A stretch of 64,000 nucleotides of DNA, from assembly GCA_021731295.1 (NCBI GenBank), contig JAKFXQ010000001.1, positions 1,636 through 65,635 of the forward strand, given 5' to 3'. The stretch comes from Patescibacteria group bacterium (GTDB taxonomy: Bacteria; Patescibacteriota; Minisyncoccia; Phycocordibacterales; UBA2100). The notes under the pieces were generated by a model. It saw nothing but the letters and a program-made list of their open reading frames with translations. It was not told the origin of the DNA and searched no databases. How positions within the stretch are numbered: the first letter of the stretch is position 1; every line of letters begins with the position of its first letter. Below, piece after piece: positions 1 to 9,969 of this stretch. The translations under genes were made by a program, and so were the position numbers.

Positions 1-19
1 ATGGTGTTGGCGTTTTCTA

Positions 20-90
20 TCGGGCTGCCGGGAATCGAACCCGGTCTACAAGCACCCCATGCTTGCGTACTACCACTATACTACAGCCCG
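20..90 (-). tRNA. tRNA-Pro(GGG)
   Basis: Reverse complement folds as a cloverleaf: acceptor CGGGCTG/CAGCCCG, anticodon arm CAAGC-ATGGGGT-GCTTG, T-loop GGTTCGATTCC; CCA not encoded. Confidence 0.93.
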
Positions 91-137
91 CTCGTCTTTC
101 GACGTGTCCAGAATGCTAGCAGAAAAAATTCGTAGTG

Positions 138-177
138 AAAAACAACCCCGCGCAACCTGTGAAGGCGGCGCGGGGCG
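138..177 (-). terminator. Intrinsic terminator downstream of the 273-497 gene
   Basis: GCCCCGCGC/GCGCGGGGT stem followed by TGTTTTT on the minus strand. Confidence 0.6.
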
Positions 178-272
178 TCGGAAGCGAGGAAACGGTTCTT
201 GTTCTGCCCTTACTCTTGCGAGGAGGTGCAATTACCCGTTTAGGAGGGACAAGGCCCTCACCTTAGCTTCCG

Positions 273-497
273 TTAGTCTGAGGTAGCGAGAGAGACGCTC
301 CTCCGGCCGAGCATCCGACCGATGACTTTCGGGAGAAGAAACTCGTAGAACTGCTTCAGCGTCTCGGCGTCCTCGCCGATATCTTTAGCAGCATTTCCGA
401 GCTCCCGATTGAAATCGGACGCCGCCGGTAGTTGCTTCTTCATCATCTGAGACTCGATGAGCTTGAGCGCGATCTCGCCCCTGCGCTTCTCGTCCAT
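273..497 (-). CDS. Hypothetical small protein (74 aa, MDEKRRGEIAL...)
   Basis: SD AAGGAG before the ATG at 497; TTGACA-16-TATAAA promoter upstream (about 575-602); downstream terminator. Confidence 0.75.
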   Translation of the reverse strand: MDEKRRGEIALKLIESQMMKKQLPAASDFNRELGNAAKDIGEDAETLKQFYEFLLPKVIGRMLGRRSVSLATSD

Positions 498-650
498 GAT
501 GCTCTCCTTTTGTAGGTACTTCATCCACGAGTCCCTCGTGGTCAGGGGCTACCAGAGGCTCTGGTGACAAGTAATTTATACCCCGTTCTGTGCATTTGTC
601 AAGCAGTAGAGCCAGAATACCGTTCTCATGCACGAACGAATCTAACAGGG

Positions 651-724
651 TGCGCGCACCAGGACTCGAACCTGGGGCCTTTCGAATGTGAATCGAATGC
701 TCTAACCAACTGAGCTATGCGCGC
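651..724 (-). tRNA. tRNA-Val(CAC)
   Basis: Cloverleaf GCGCGCATAGCTCAGTTGGTTAGAGC..., anticodon arm TTCGA-TTCACAT-TCGAA, T-loop GGTTCGAGTCC. Confidence 0.93.
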
Positions 725-735
725 ATCTCAAACCC

Positions 736-1212
736 CTACTTGAGCGTGACGATTTTGTACTTCTGTGCGCCCTTTGGAGTGTTGAATGTAAACTGATCGC
801 CCTTCTTCTTGCCCATGAGCGCGGCGCCCAATGGGGAGAGGTGAGAAATCTTGCGCTCCTGCATGTTCGCTTCAGCGCTACCGACAATTTCATAGATATG
901 TTCGTCCTTCTCGCCGATTTTCTGAATGGTGACGACACTACCGAGATTCACGGCGTTACCCTTCCCTTTCTCGTGCTCGATGATGCGGGCGTGTGCCAGC
1001 TGTTCCTCGATGACGCGGATACGGTCTTCAGTTGCGGCCTGCAAATTGCGAGCCTCTTCATACTCCGCATTCTCGGACAAATCCCCGAGTGAGCGTGCGT
1101 ATTCAAGCTGCTCCGCAATCTCGCGACGGCGGGCGGTCTTCATGTGTTTGAGCTCTTCAGTAAGCTCGTCGAACTTCTCTTGGGTGAGATAGTTGTTTTC
1201 GTCTGCAATCAT
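736..1212 (-). CDS. greA: Transcription elongation factor GreA
   Basis: ARSLGDLSENAEYEEAR and ISHLSPLGAALMGKKKGD signatures; start placed at MIADENNY. Confidence 0.96.
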   Translation of the reverse strand: MIADENNYLTQEKFDELTEELKHMKTARRREIAEQLEYARSLGDLSENAEYEEARNLQAATEDRIRVIEEQLAHARIIEHEKGKGNAVNLGSVVTIQKIGEKDEHIYEIVGSAEANMQERKISHLSPLGAALMGKKKGDQFTFNTPKGAQKYKIVTLK

Positions 1213-1268
1213 AGTCAAAAAATGAGTAGCGGGGTCATTGTATACGGCAAACACCGAAAAGCAAAGGC

Positions 1269-2945
1269 CTACTCGGCATACTGCGGCGCTTCCCGTACGA
1301 GCCAGTCAAAAAACGGCCTCATTCCTGGCGATGCGCCTGAAAGCGTCCCTGCAGGCGCCCTCTCCAAAACGACAGCAAACGCATACTTCGGACTAGAGGC
1401 CGGCCAGAATCCAATGACCCAAGAATTCATAAACTGGTTGCGCTCGCCGACTTCTGCCGTTCCGGTCTTCGCCGCTATTTCCATCCCAGAGAGATTCAGA
1501 GCTGCCGCTGTACCGCCCTCCACCACCGCCGCACGCATGCCTTCGCGCGCAACCTCCAAATGCGCCTCGTCTATACCTATTGGGGACGCTATCGCGGGTC
1601 CTGTGGTGAGACGCGGCGTGAGCAGCTGTCCACCGGCCAATCCAGCGGTAAAGCGAACGGCCTGAAGCGGTGTTATCTGAAATCCGAACTGACCGATGGC
1701 GGTGATGAACGTATCGCCGAGTCTCCATTCATCCCCGTCGAACATCTCCGCCTTCCACTCCGGCGTTGGAATCACTCCGGCCTGCTCGCCGCCGAGCGCA
1801 ACGCCAGACAGACTACCAAGACCAAAGCGTCGTGCGTAGTCATCTATACGCGTAATGCCGAGTCCCGCCTGACCACCAAAGCCACCGCCGATAGTATAGA
1901 AATAGACGTCAGAAGAAACCGCAATCGCGCGACGCATGTCGGTATACCCGTGTGCGCGCCAGTCTCGGAACACGGACGGGCGACTGGGATTGTACGGATT
2001 AGGCACGGTAAGAGCGCCCGTCGAAAGAATCTCTTTCTGAGGACTGATGATGCCCTCTTGCAGCGCCGCAACGGCAAAAATCGGCTTCACGATAGAACCG
2101 GGCGTGTAGAGTCCTGCCACCGCGCGATTGAGAAGCGGCGTGAACGGGTCGGTATTAGCCGCATCAATCAGCGCGGAATCACCTTCACTAAATGCGTAGT
2201 TGTCGTACTCGGGGAAACTCGTGAGTGCCAGTAGCTCACCAGTACGCACATCCATGATGACAGCCGCACCACCCCGGAAGTTATTGTTCGATGCATGCGC
2301 GCTCAAGACTTCGTGCAGCTTCTGCTGTATCTTCGCGTCCACAGCTAGCGTAATGTCTGTGCCCTCTTTTGCCGGAATGACGATGTGTTCGCGCTGAATT
2401 TCACCGCGGGCATCGCGCTCGACGAGCACAGAGCCATTCTCGCCACGCAATTCGTGGTCATACACGAGCTCTGCTCCCGAGACACCTTCGTACTCTTCAT
2501 TCCACCAAATGCCTTTGTCGTCTTTTGAGGGATAGCGCACGAACCCGAGGACGTGCGCAAGCCCGGCGCCGATGTAGCGCCGCCGCGGGAACGTTTCTAC
2601 AACTTCATCCGTTGTTGACGCCGTCTGCGCATCATTCCACGCGATAGGCACACCATTTCTATCTAGAATGCGTCCGCGCGGAGCAAAGACGACTTCACGC
2701 GCGAGACGATTCTCACGCGATATCTGTGCGTACGTTTCACCTTCGACGACCTGCAGTGAGAAGGCCCGCCCCACGAAGAACAGGAGGCATATCATGAACA
2801 CAACGCCGATGCCGATGAGTGGGCCACTCGCGATAGGCCGCTCCATCCTGCCCTCGAGGCGTGCAGAATCCAGACTCGGGAGATTCGATGAATCGAGGAA
2901 AATCTCGTCAGGTTGTATCTCTACAATACGTCGTTTTCGCCACAT
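1269..2945 (-). CDS. mrdA: Penicillin-binding protein 2 (class B transpeptidase)
   Basis: PGSIVKP (SxxK), SSDVYFY (SxN-like), AKTGTAE (KTG), N-terminal TM, APRGRILDRNG; mre operon context. Confidence 0.92.
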   Translation of the reverse strand: MWRKRRIVEIQPDEIFLDSSNLPSLDSARLEGRMERPIASGPLIGIGVVFMICLLFFVGRAFSLQVVEGETYAQISRENRLAREVVFAPRGRILDRNGVPIAWNDAQTASTTDEVVETFPRRRYIGAGLAHVLGFVRYPSKDDKGIWWNEEYEGVSGAELVYDHELRGENGSVLVERDARGEIQREHIVIPAKEGTDITLAVDAKIQQKLHEVLSAHASNNNFRGGAAVIMDVRTGELLALTSFPEYDNYAFSEGDSALIDAANTDPFTPLLNRAVAGLYTPGSIVKPIFAVAALQEGIISPQKEILSTGALTVPNPYNPSRPSVFRDWRAHGYTDMRRAIAVSSDVYFYTIGGGFGGQAGLGITRIDDYARRFGLGSLSGVALGGEQAGVIPTPEWKAEMFDGDEWRLGDTFITAIGQFGFQITPLQAVRFTAGLAGGQLLTPRLTTGPAIASPIGIDEAHLEVAREGMRAAVVEGGTAAALNLSGMEIAAKTGTAEVGERNQFMNSWVIGFWPASSPKYAFAVVLERAPAGTLSGASPGMRPFFDWLVREAPQYAE

Positions 2946-2949
2946 GTTT

Positions 2950-3207
2950 CTATCCTAACCCATCAGTGATGAAAAGCTCTCTGCGCACCGGTTCGAGTAT
3001 CCATATGATGGCGATGGTCGCGTAGAGCATGAGTGGCATGCCCCACGCCAAACTGTTCGGAAGCCACAACACATCCGCTATGGCACCAACAAGCAGCATC
3101 TCGTACGCACGGTAACGCAGAGATACTGCCGTTGCGCCGATGAGCACTCCCCACCACGGACCAAACAGCGCACAGAGAAGCGTGGCGAGAAAAATAAACC
3201 CGCGCAT
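2950..3207 (-). CDS. Small membrane protein, MreD-like by position
   Basis: Hydrophobic 85 aa protein lying between mreC and PBP2. Confidence 0.6.
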   Translation of the reverse strand: MRGFIFLATLLCALFGPWWGVLIGATAVSLRYRAYEMLLVGAIADVLWLPNSLAWGMPLMLYATIAIIWILEPVRRELFITDGLG

Positions 3208-3208
3208 A

Positions 3209-4015
3209 TCATTCGGGTATCGTCGGCAGATCGCGCGGCACGATGCGTATGTGGCGAATTGAATTCAGGCTGGTGGGTAGGGTTACATAAATGTCCGCGT
3301 ACACACTCGCCGTCGTGGATGCGATATGCGTGATGATGCCTGCGGGCAGACTGTTGAGTGATGGAATGTAGACGGGCGCACCGATAACGAGTGGCGTCTC
3401 TACCGGAACGCGCGCTGTTGCCGTGGTGAGTCCTTGCCCGATGAGCGTAAATGCGTTCGCGTCCGACGTCGCCTCCACGCGGGCTTCTGGCGCAAACACA
3501 AAGCGCACGGTCGCCGTGCGCAATCCGACATCCGCGATGGTGCCGAGAACGAATCCTTCCGACGAGAGCACCAACGCACCTTCTTCCACTCCACTCTGCC
3601 AGCCGGCGGCAACAACGAATGTCCCATATGGCGAGGCACGGAAGGACGATGCAATTGGTGCCGTGACGCTATCCACGGTTCCGGCGACACGTGCAATGTC
3701 TCTCAATTCCGCGTTCTCTCGTGCGAGAAACTGGAACAGCGCGTCGCGCTCTTTCAGGCGCGCCGCTTCATCTTCCGCAACCTGCACACGTTCGAGCAAG
3801 TCAACGCGCGTGGAGAGATCCGAAAAGGTGAGGAACGAGCGCCACGCGGTGGTCATCGAGTTGGCAAACGGCGTCAACGCGTCGCGTGCAAATGACCGCA
3901 GTTGACCACCAAGTCCCACGTCTATCATGCCGACGGCGACAACAATAATCGTGAAGAATAACGCCCGCTTCAAGGACGAGCTCTCCCTATCACTACTCCG
4001 TCGGGACCAGTTCAT
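3209..4015 (-). CDS. mreC: Rod shape-determining protein MreC
   Basis: N-terminal TM, coiled coil ending ENAELR, beta domain with G..GV..G..V....G.VLG.I; follows mreB. Confidence 0.85.
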   Translation of the reverse strand: MNWSRRSSDRESSSLKRALFFTIIVVAVGMIDVGLGGQLRSFARDALTPFANSMTTAWRSFLTFSDLSTRVDLLERVQVAEDEAARLKERDALFQFLARENAELRDIARVAGTVDSVTAPIASSFRASPYGTFVVAAGWQSGVEEGALVLSSEGFVLGTIADVGLRTATVRFVFAPEARVEATSDANAFTLIGQGLTTATARVPVETPLVIGAPVYIPSLNSLPAGIITHIASTTASVYADIYVTLPTSLNSIRHIRIVPRDLPTIPE

Positions 4016-5063
4016 CGTCGTTCTTCACGAGTGCCTCGTTATAGGCTTCAAGATTCTCAAGAATGATTCCGGTGCCGCGCACCACGGCCGTCAACGGGTC
4101 GTTCGCCACATGCACGGGTACACCGAGTGCCGCCACGAGGAATTCAGGTAGACCGCGAATGAGCGCACCACCGCCCGCAAGATGTATCCCTTGTTGCATG
4201 ATGTCCGCGAGTATTTCCGGAGGCGCCGTTTCCAATACTTCTTTTATTGCCTCAACCAGTTCGTCTACCGAGTGTCCGATGGCATTGCGAATATCTTCGT
4301 CCGTTACGAGTATTTCGCGCGGAAGTCCGGTGACAAGATCGCGGCCGCGCGCGACATACTCCAGTCGTTCGCCGGTGCGCAGAATGGACGCAATGGCGAT
4401 TTTTACCTCCTCCGCCGTCTTCTCCCCGATGAGCATCTTCGATTCGTTTCGGATATAAGAAATGATGTCAGCGTTAAAACGGTCGCCGGCAATTTTCACG
4501 TTGCGTGAGGTGACAAGACCCCCGAGTGAAATGACCCCAATGTCTGTGGTGCCGCCGCCAATATCGACGACCATGCTTCCCTGCGGTGCGTGGACCGGCA
4601 GTTCAATGCCGATGGCCGCGGCCATGGGCTCTTCCACTACGTGCACTTCGCGCGCGCCCGCAGCTTTGGCCGCGTCACGCACCGCACGCACTTCGACGGA
4701 CGTAATGCCCGAAGGCACGCCGACCACGACGCGTGGTCCCAGGAGCTTCGAGCGTCCTGCCTGTGCCTTGGTGATGAGGTACGAGAGCATTTCCGAGGTG
4801 ATTTCGAAATCAGAAATGACACCGTCCACGACAGGCTGCACAGCGGTGATGTGCGCCGGTGTGCGTCCAAGCATTTCTTTCGCCTGTGCACCAACCGCGA
4901 CCACTTGGCCAGTCTTCTGATTCACCGCAACGATAGATGGTTCGTTGATGACGACGCCGCGCCCTTTTACATGGACGAGCGTATTCGCCGTACCCAAATC
5001 AATGCCGATGTCGTTAGAAAAGACTCCGAACATCCTGTCCTTTAATGCGCGCGCACCACTCAT
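3993..5063 (-). CDS. mreB: Rod shape-determining protein MreB
   Basis: DIGIDLGTANT, EEPMAAAIG, VVDIGGGTTD, LAGGGAL actin-fold motifs; exact start uncertain. Confidence 0.96.
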   Translation of the reverse strand: MSGARALKDRMFGVFSNDIGIDLGTANTLVHVKGRGVVINEPSIVAVNQKTGQVVAVGAQAKEMLGRTPAHITAVQPVVDGVISDFEITSEMLSYLITKAQAGRSKLLGPRVVVGVPSGITSVEVRAVRDAAKAAGAREVHVVEEPMAAAIGIELPVHAPQGSMVVDIGGGTTDIGVISLGGLVTSRNVKIAGDRFNADIISYIRNESKMLIGEKTAEEVKIAIASILRTGERLEYVARGRDLVTGLPREILVTDEDIRNAIGHSVDELVEAIKEVLETAPPEILADIMQQGIHLAGGGALIRGLPEFLVAALGVPVHVANDPLTAVVRGTGIILENLEAYNEALVKNDDELVPTE

Positions 5064-5067
5064 ACCG

Positions 5068-6318
5068 TTATCGAACGCGCTCGATGAGCTGACTCTCAGG
5101 AATAAGTTGGGACGCACCGTTGTCGCGGTTGGTTACTTCCACACTACCTGCCGCAACGGTCTTCTCTGAAACGACGAGCCGCATCGGGATGCCGATTAAA
5201 TCGGCGTCAGCAAACTTTTCTCCAGCACGAACGTCGCGATCATCGTAGAGGGTGTCTATGCCGTTTTCTTTCAGGAGGTCGTAGATACGGTCTGCTTCCG
5301 CAATGAGGTCGCGGTTCCCGCCCGCAAGCGAAACCAGATGTGCCTGAAACGGCGACACTGAACGCGGCCAGAGCATGCCGTCGGAAGTGCCGAATTTCTC
5401 CGCAAGAACACCAATGAGTCGCGTTACGCCGATGCCATAGGACCCCATCCAGACCGGAATAGATGCGCCGGTCTCGTCTTTATAGGTCAGTCCGATGTCC
5501 TCTGCTTTCTGGCGCCCGAAATTAAAGATGTTGCCGACTTCTGCGGTCTTCACTTCTTCCAAATCACTCTTCTTGACCTTGAGTTCCTTCAGTGTGTCAT
5601 CGTTCATGACTTCTTGATTGATGGCGATGCCCTTTTCTCGGTTGATGTAGCAGACATCCTCGCCTGCCTCACAGACAGTCTGAAACTCGTGACTGAACTG
5701 GGTGAATGCACCGCCAGAGGCGAATGTAACGAACGTATCGTCGCCAATGCCGAGTCGCTTGAACACTTTCATGTACGCCTGCTTCATACCCTCGTACATT
5801 TTGTCGTGGTCCTCTTCGCCCGCTGCGAACGAGTACGCATCCTTCATGACGAATTCGCGTCCACGCATGATGCCGCTTTTTGCACGCATTTCGTTACGCA
5901 ACTTTGTCTGAAACTGATACACGCATGTGGGCAAATCTTTATAACTTGAAATGTATGCGCGCATCATGTCGCCAATCGGCTCTTCGTGACTCCATGCAAG
6001 GCCCACGTCCCCTCCCGCTTTCAATTCTGACTTGAACCAGATATCTACTTTCTTATCACTCCAACGGTCAGTGCGCGCCCACAGCTCTTTGCGCTGCAAG
6101 GACGTCATGATGAGTTCTTGGCTCCCAAGCGCGTCCATTTCTTCGCGGACCACCTGCTTCACACGATCGAGGACACGTAGCCCCAAAGGGAGATACGCGT
6201 AGACACCAGCCATTTCTTTGTGCACAAAGCCGGCACGAATCAGGAGTTGAGCATTTTTCGCTACCTCGTCTTTCGGTGCGGACTTCTGCGTTTTCGTGAA
6301 GAGGTGCGATTGCCGCAT
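5068..6318 (-). CDS. proS: Proline--tRNA ligase (short form, no INS editing domain)
   Basis: GIMRGREFVMKDAYSF, MGSYGIGVTR and YDDRDVRAGEKFADADLIGIP; 416 aa. Confidence 0.95.
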   Translation of the reverse strand: MRQSHLFTKTQKSAPKDEVAKNAQLLIRAGFVHKEMAGVYAYLPLGLRVLDRVKQVVREEMDALGSQELIMTSLQRKELWARTDRWSDKKVDIWFKSELKAGGDVGLAWSHEEPIGDMMRAYISSYKDLPTCVYQFQTKLRNEMRAKSGIMRGREFVMKDAYSFAAGEEDHDKMYEGMKQAYMKVFKRLGIGDDTFVTFASGGAFTQFSHEFQTVCEAGEDVCYINREKGIAINQEVMNDDTLKELKVKKSDLEEVKTAEVGNIFNFGRQKAEDIGLTYKDETGASIPVWMGSYGIGVTRLIGVLAEKFGTSDGMLWPRSVSPFQAHLVSLAGGNRDLIAEADRIYDLLKENGIDTLYDDRDVRAGEKFADADLIGIPMRLVVSEKTVAAGSVEVTNRDNGASQLIPESQLIERVR

Positions 6319-6374
6319 TGCGCCATGATACCGGAAACAACACCTCGGTCAAAATCGGCGTCGTTGCGCGGAAA

Positions 6375-7463
6375 CTAGGTGAACAGTCGTACGATATCGT
6401 TGTACGTTACGGTAACCATAAGGACGATAATCGCGACAATGCCTACCGTATTCAGAGTAGCGACGGCGATGCGTGGCGCATCGCGGCGGATGATGGATTC
6501 GAGCGCGAGGAGGAAGAGTCTCCCGCCATCGAGCGCGGGTATCGGAATAAGATTGACGATGACTAAGTTGATGGAAATGAATCCGGCAAGGGCGAGTATG
6601 GTGCCGATGCCATGTTGCGACGCTTCACCAACGACACCGACTAACCCAACGGGCCCGACGATGCCTTCAAGTGCGGGCGCGCCCTGCAGTGCATTCTTGA
6701 GAATGTTGGCGAGTCCATCGAACACGACGAACAATTTATCAATGGCCATCGGGAACGCGATTGACATTGCTTTGCCGAGTGGCAATGGGTCGTTCTCCAC
6801 GAGGACGAGTCCCAGACCGACTGCTGGCCTACTTGCTTCGGCGGCAATGACCGAGTGCGCTGGATAAATTGTCGTCTCTAGTTCTGCCGCTCCGCGAAGC
6901 GTGCGTACTTCAATTGCCTTGCCGCCGCGCGCGCTCACGAAATCAATCACCGCTTCTGGAGTAAGCAATACTTCTTCGTCCGTATCTGCGTCTTTCACGG
7001 ACAATATCTCATCGCCGGGAATGATGTCGGAAGAGCCCGCGGGTGAACCGGGGATGACTGCGGAAACCACCAGACGCGCCTGACCCTGCGAGTCTTCTGG
7101 GGAAACCGCGTGAGGGATGCCGGCGTACAGTGCGCCCGCAAAGAGCGCCCAGCCAGCGACAAGGTTCATGGTTACTCCGGCGACAAGAATGAGCGCCTGC
7201 ACATAGCGCGGCGCTTGGGCGAAACTGCCCTTCTCTTTTGGCGCGTCAGCGTTCTCACCGAGGAGGCGCACGAATCCGCCAAACGGAATCCAGTTCAGGG
7301 TGTACTCGGTACCTTTGATGACGGCGAGACGGAAGGCCCGCGGTGGGTATCCGATACCGAATTCCTCAACCTTCACCTTAAAGAGTTTGGCGACGAAGAA
7401 ATGCCCCAGCTCATGGACTACTATAAGGAACACCAAAATCCCGACCACAAGGAGGGCTGTCAT
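6375..7463 (-). CDS. rseP: Site-2 (M50) zinc metalloprotease with PDZ domain, RseP
   Basis: VHELGH, NWIPFGGFVRL, PDZ (PGSPA...GDEILSV), NLIPIPALDGG. Confidence 0.94.
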   Translation of the reverse strand: MTALLVVGILVFLIVVHELGHFFVAKLFKVKVEEFGIGYPPRAFRLAVIKGTEYTLNWIPFGGFVRLLGENADAPKEKGSFAQAPRYVQALILVAGVTMNLVAGWALFAGALYAGIPHAVSPEDSQGQARLVVSAVIPGSPAGSSDIIPGDEILSVKDADTDEEVLLTPEAVIDFVSARGGKAIEVRTLRGAAELETTIYPAHSVIAAEASRPAVGLGLVLVENDPLPLGKAMSIAFPMAIDKLFVVFDGLANILKNALQGAPALEGIVGPVGLVGVVGEASQHGIGTILALAGFISINLVIVNLIPIPALDGGRLFLLALESIIRRDAPRIAVATLNTVGIVAIIVLMVTVTYNDIVRLFT

Positions 7464-7628
7464 AGGGTCTTTAGTATACCCCGTGAGATAGCGGCAAGGC
7501 CTATGAGACGGGTATAGCCGATATTCGGAGCTCGGGCGTGTATCCTGCTATTTGACTTATGTCAATATTTGTGGTAATTTGCCGCCATCGGCCTTGAGCC
7601 GTGTTCACTACATGAGGGGATAGGTCCA

Positions 7629-7937
7629 ATGAAGACGATTATCGCTCTTGCTCTCGCCGCCACCCTTGCCGGCTGCGGTCACGCGCAGTACGCCCAAATC
7701 GACGACCCCGTGTTGGCCAAACTGACACGGGAGCGCGACGAAGCGGCGGAATATGCCTTCTGCAAAACAGGAAGCATGGTTCCGGCGGCCATTAACCCGG
7801 TCGCGTGGTACTGCGGCGCCAAAGGCGCTGCCGAAGCCATCGGTTGGGCGGTCGAGAAAGACCAGAGACTGCAAGAGTACGTTGCCAGGAAGTACCCCCA
7901 TCGCCGCGTTGCGACCCTGGTCGTCGCGCTGCCGTAA
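7629..7937 (+). CDS. Hypothetical lipoprotein
   Basis: Lipobox-like LAGC after a hydrophobic signal; SD GAGGGG; promoter TTGACT-17-TAATTT at 7552-7580; terminator at 7968-8003. Confidence 0.75.
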   Translation: MKTIIALALAATLAGCGHAQYAQIDDPVLAKLTRERDEAAEYAFCKTGSMVPAAINPVAWYCGAKGAAEAIGWAVEKDQRLQEYVARKYPHRRVATLVVALP

Positions 7938-7967
7938 GAAGTAGAGACTCGTACGTTCCGAGTTTCG

Positions 7968-8003
7968 GAGGGGCCACCAGACTATCGGTGGCCTCTTTGC
8001 TTT
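7968..8003. terminator. Terminator between the convergent lipoprotein gene and frr
   Basis: GGGGCCACC/GGTGGCCTC stem followed by TTTGCTTTT. Confidence 0.55.
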
Positions 8004-8554
8004 TACGACATCATCTCTGTCTCCTTTTTCTCAAAAAGTTTCTCAAGCGAATCGTTTGCGGCGTCCACACGCTTTTGCATATCTTCTTTGCCGCGAAACT
8101 TATCGTCCTCGCTCATCTCCCCTTCTTTCTCTTTGTCTTGAATATCTTTCCAGCATTCATCGCGTTCTTGTCGTACGCGCGTACGCGCCTCTTCAAGTAT
8201 TCCTTTAGCCTGCTTCACCATCTCCTGTCGGCGCTCTGTCGTTAAATCAGGAAATGAAAGACGAATACCAGATTGGTCCGGCACGGTACCGAGTCCTAAA
8301 TCTGCAGCGACAAGCGCGCGCTCAATATCTTTAATGAGACTCGCGTCAAACGGCTGCACGCGAATGGAGCGCGCATCTTCCACAGAAATGGATGCGACGT
8401 GCTTCAAGGGCTGCAGTGAGCCGTATGCGGAGACCTGCACGTTATCCAAAATGGCCGGATTCGCGCGACCTGTGCGCAATGCCTTGTACTCGCGCGAAAG
8501 CCATTCCTCTACACCTTTCAGTTGTGCTTCAAATGATTTGAAATCGTATGCCAT
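8003..8554 (-). CDS. frr: Ribosome recycling factor
   Basis: LRTGRANPAILD, PDLTTERRQEMVK, MSEDDK; start at MAYDFK. Confidence 0.96.
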   Translation of the reverse strand: MAYDFKSFEAQLKGVEEWLSREYKALRTGRANPAILDNVQVSAYGSLQPLKHVASISVEDARSIRVQPFDASLIKDIERALVAADLGLGTVPDQSGIRLSFPDLTTERRQEMVKQAKGILEEARTRVRQERDECWKDIQDKEKEGEMSEDDKFRGKEDMQKRVDAANDSLEKLFEKKETEMMS

Positions 8555-8564
8555 ACAAAGAATA

Positions 8565-9218
8565 TTACATGCGTGGCGCGAGAAGCGCCACCTGTTCCAA
8601 GAGTGGCTTGAGGAGTGCGCCTTTGTCCGCAAGATACCGACGTGCACGATAGATGGCGCGGATACCATCGCGCGCGGCCGGATTGTTCACCGTGTCAGAG
8701 AGTACGACCTCTATGCCCTGCAAGAGATCTGTAGCGGCACGTATGTCGCGCTCATCGTCTTCGTCATGAGTGTACAAAGGTTTGAGTAGTTCGATTCGCG
8801 CTTCGGGTGTTGCTTTGAGGAAGGCTCGCGCGTCTCTCAGGTCGCGCTCGCCGCCAAGCGCGAGTGTCTGCAGACGTGAGCGCAGCGTCGGCAAGAGTGT
8901 CTCCGGCGACGGCACTATGAAGAAGAATGTGGCGCCCGCGCGCGGTTCTTCAAGTGTTTTCAAGAGCGCATTTTGCGCGTCAGCATAAAAGGTCGCAGAT
9001 ACCACAATGAATACCCGGCCACGTCCGCCCATGGCGCGCAGATCCGCGCGCTCTCGGAGCGCTCGGGCGTCCGCAATCTTGAACTGGCGATACTCGTGAA
9101 CAAATACATCCACACTTCCGTGCGAAATCACGCCTTCCTTCTCTAGAATCGTTCGCAGTTCCGGAAGGATGTCTGCCCCGCCAGCAATCAGATATGAGAA
9201 GCCAGGAATCACACGCAT
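8565..9218 (-). CDS. holB: DNA polymerase III delta-prime-like clamp loader subunit (short)
   Basis: AQNALLKTLEEP and LLPTLRSR motifs. Confidence 0.8.
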   Translation of the reverse strand: MRVIPGFSYLIAGGADILPELRTILEKEGVISHGSVDVFVHEYRQFKIADARALRERADLRAMGGRGRVFIVVSATFYADAQNALLKTLEEPRAGATFFFIVPSPETLLPTLRSRLQTLALGGERDLRDARAFLKATPEARIELLKPLYTHDEDDERDIRAATDLLQGIEVVLSDTVNNPAARDGIRAIYRARRYLADKGALLKPLLEQVALLAPRM

Positions 9219-9264
9219 GGCGACAGTATACTCGTTCGTTCGTACGCGATGCTAGAATACCGGC

Positions 9265-9771
9265 ATGCGATCCCCAGATTCAGTTCAAAAAATGGCGCTC
9301 TCCGTTACCCGTGCGGTCGGCTCCCCGGCATCCATCATCTTTCACACAATACTGTTCGCCGGCAGTTTCTTTATTGCGTACGAAGGCGTCGTCGAATTTG
9401 ACCGCATGCTTCTTGTGCTGACAACTATCGTGTCACTGGAAGCAATCTACCTCGCCATCTTTATCCAGATGACTATCAACTTCCAAAGTCAGGTTATCGC
9501 CGCAGTCGAGGAGGATATCGGCGAGATCCAGGAAGACGTCGAAGAGATGACGGAAGACGTCGAAGAAATCCAGAAAGACGTGGATGAGATTCAGAAAGAC
9601 GTCGATGAGATTCAAGAAGACGTGGACGAGATGTCTGAAGACGTCGAGGAGCTTGAGGAAAGCGAGACGGAGGACGAGAAGCGAAAAAGCGAACAGCGCC
9701 AGATGCTCACCGGCATCGAAGCAACCCTGCGCCAACTCGCGCAGGATATCGAAAAACTAAAGGGGCGTTAA
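9265..9771 (+). CDS. DUF1003-like membrane protein with acidic heptad-repeat coiled coil
   Basis: LTTIVSLEAIYLAIFIQM motif followed by (D/E)EIQ(K/E)DV repeats. Confidence 0.8.
   Translation: MRSPDSVQKMALSVTRAVGSPASIIFHTILFAGSFFIAYEGVVEFDRMLLVLTTIVSLEAIYLAIFIQMTINFQSQVIAAVEEDIGEIQEDVEEMTEDVEEIQKDVDEIQKDVDEIQEDVDEMSEDVEELEESETEDEKRKSEQRQMLTGIEATLRQLAQDIEKLKGR
9505..9650 (+). repeat. Imperfect 21-bp tandem repeat encoding heptads
   Basis: About 7 units such as GACGTCGATGAGATTCAAGAA and GACGTGGATGAGATTCAGAAA. Confidence 0.7.
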
Positions 9772-9779
9772 GAACGCCG

Positions 9780-9959
9780 TTACGCAAGCAACGGTTGTTC
9801 GAGTTTCTGTGGCAAACCTTCAAGCTCCGCGTCAATTGCTCTGAATTCTGCGTAGAGTGCTTCGAGCGTTTTCGTCCCTTCTTCGCGAAGTGTCTGCGTA
9901 GCGCTTGCGACCTCGTCGGCCAGCGCTTCCATTTCCTTCAAATCGTTTTCGGTATCCAT
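9780..9959 (-). CDS. Small acidic helical protein (59 aa, MDTENDLKEMEALADEV...), not in the ORF track
   Basis: Translated by hand; open from ATG 9959 to TAA 9780, 10 nt downstream of the 9970-11226 gene. Confidence 0.6.
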   Translation of the reverse strand: MDTENDLKEMEALADEVASATQTLREEGTKTLEALYAEFRAIDAELEGLPQKLEQPLLA

Positions 9960-9969
9960 ACGCTAGCTA

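Noticed and set aside
5068-6318. ProRS lacking the editing insertion
   Set aside because: Short ProRS forms are well known in reduced genomes.
7552-7565. TTGAC-TTAT-GTCAA palindrome resembling an FNR/CRP box
   Set aside because: More simply explained as two overlapping divergent -35 hexamers; no CRP/FNR regulator is seen in the window.
9505-9650. Regularly spaced repeats as a possible CRISPR array
   Set aside because: The 21-bp period has no spacers and lies in frame within a coding heptad region.
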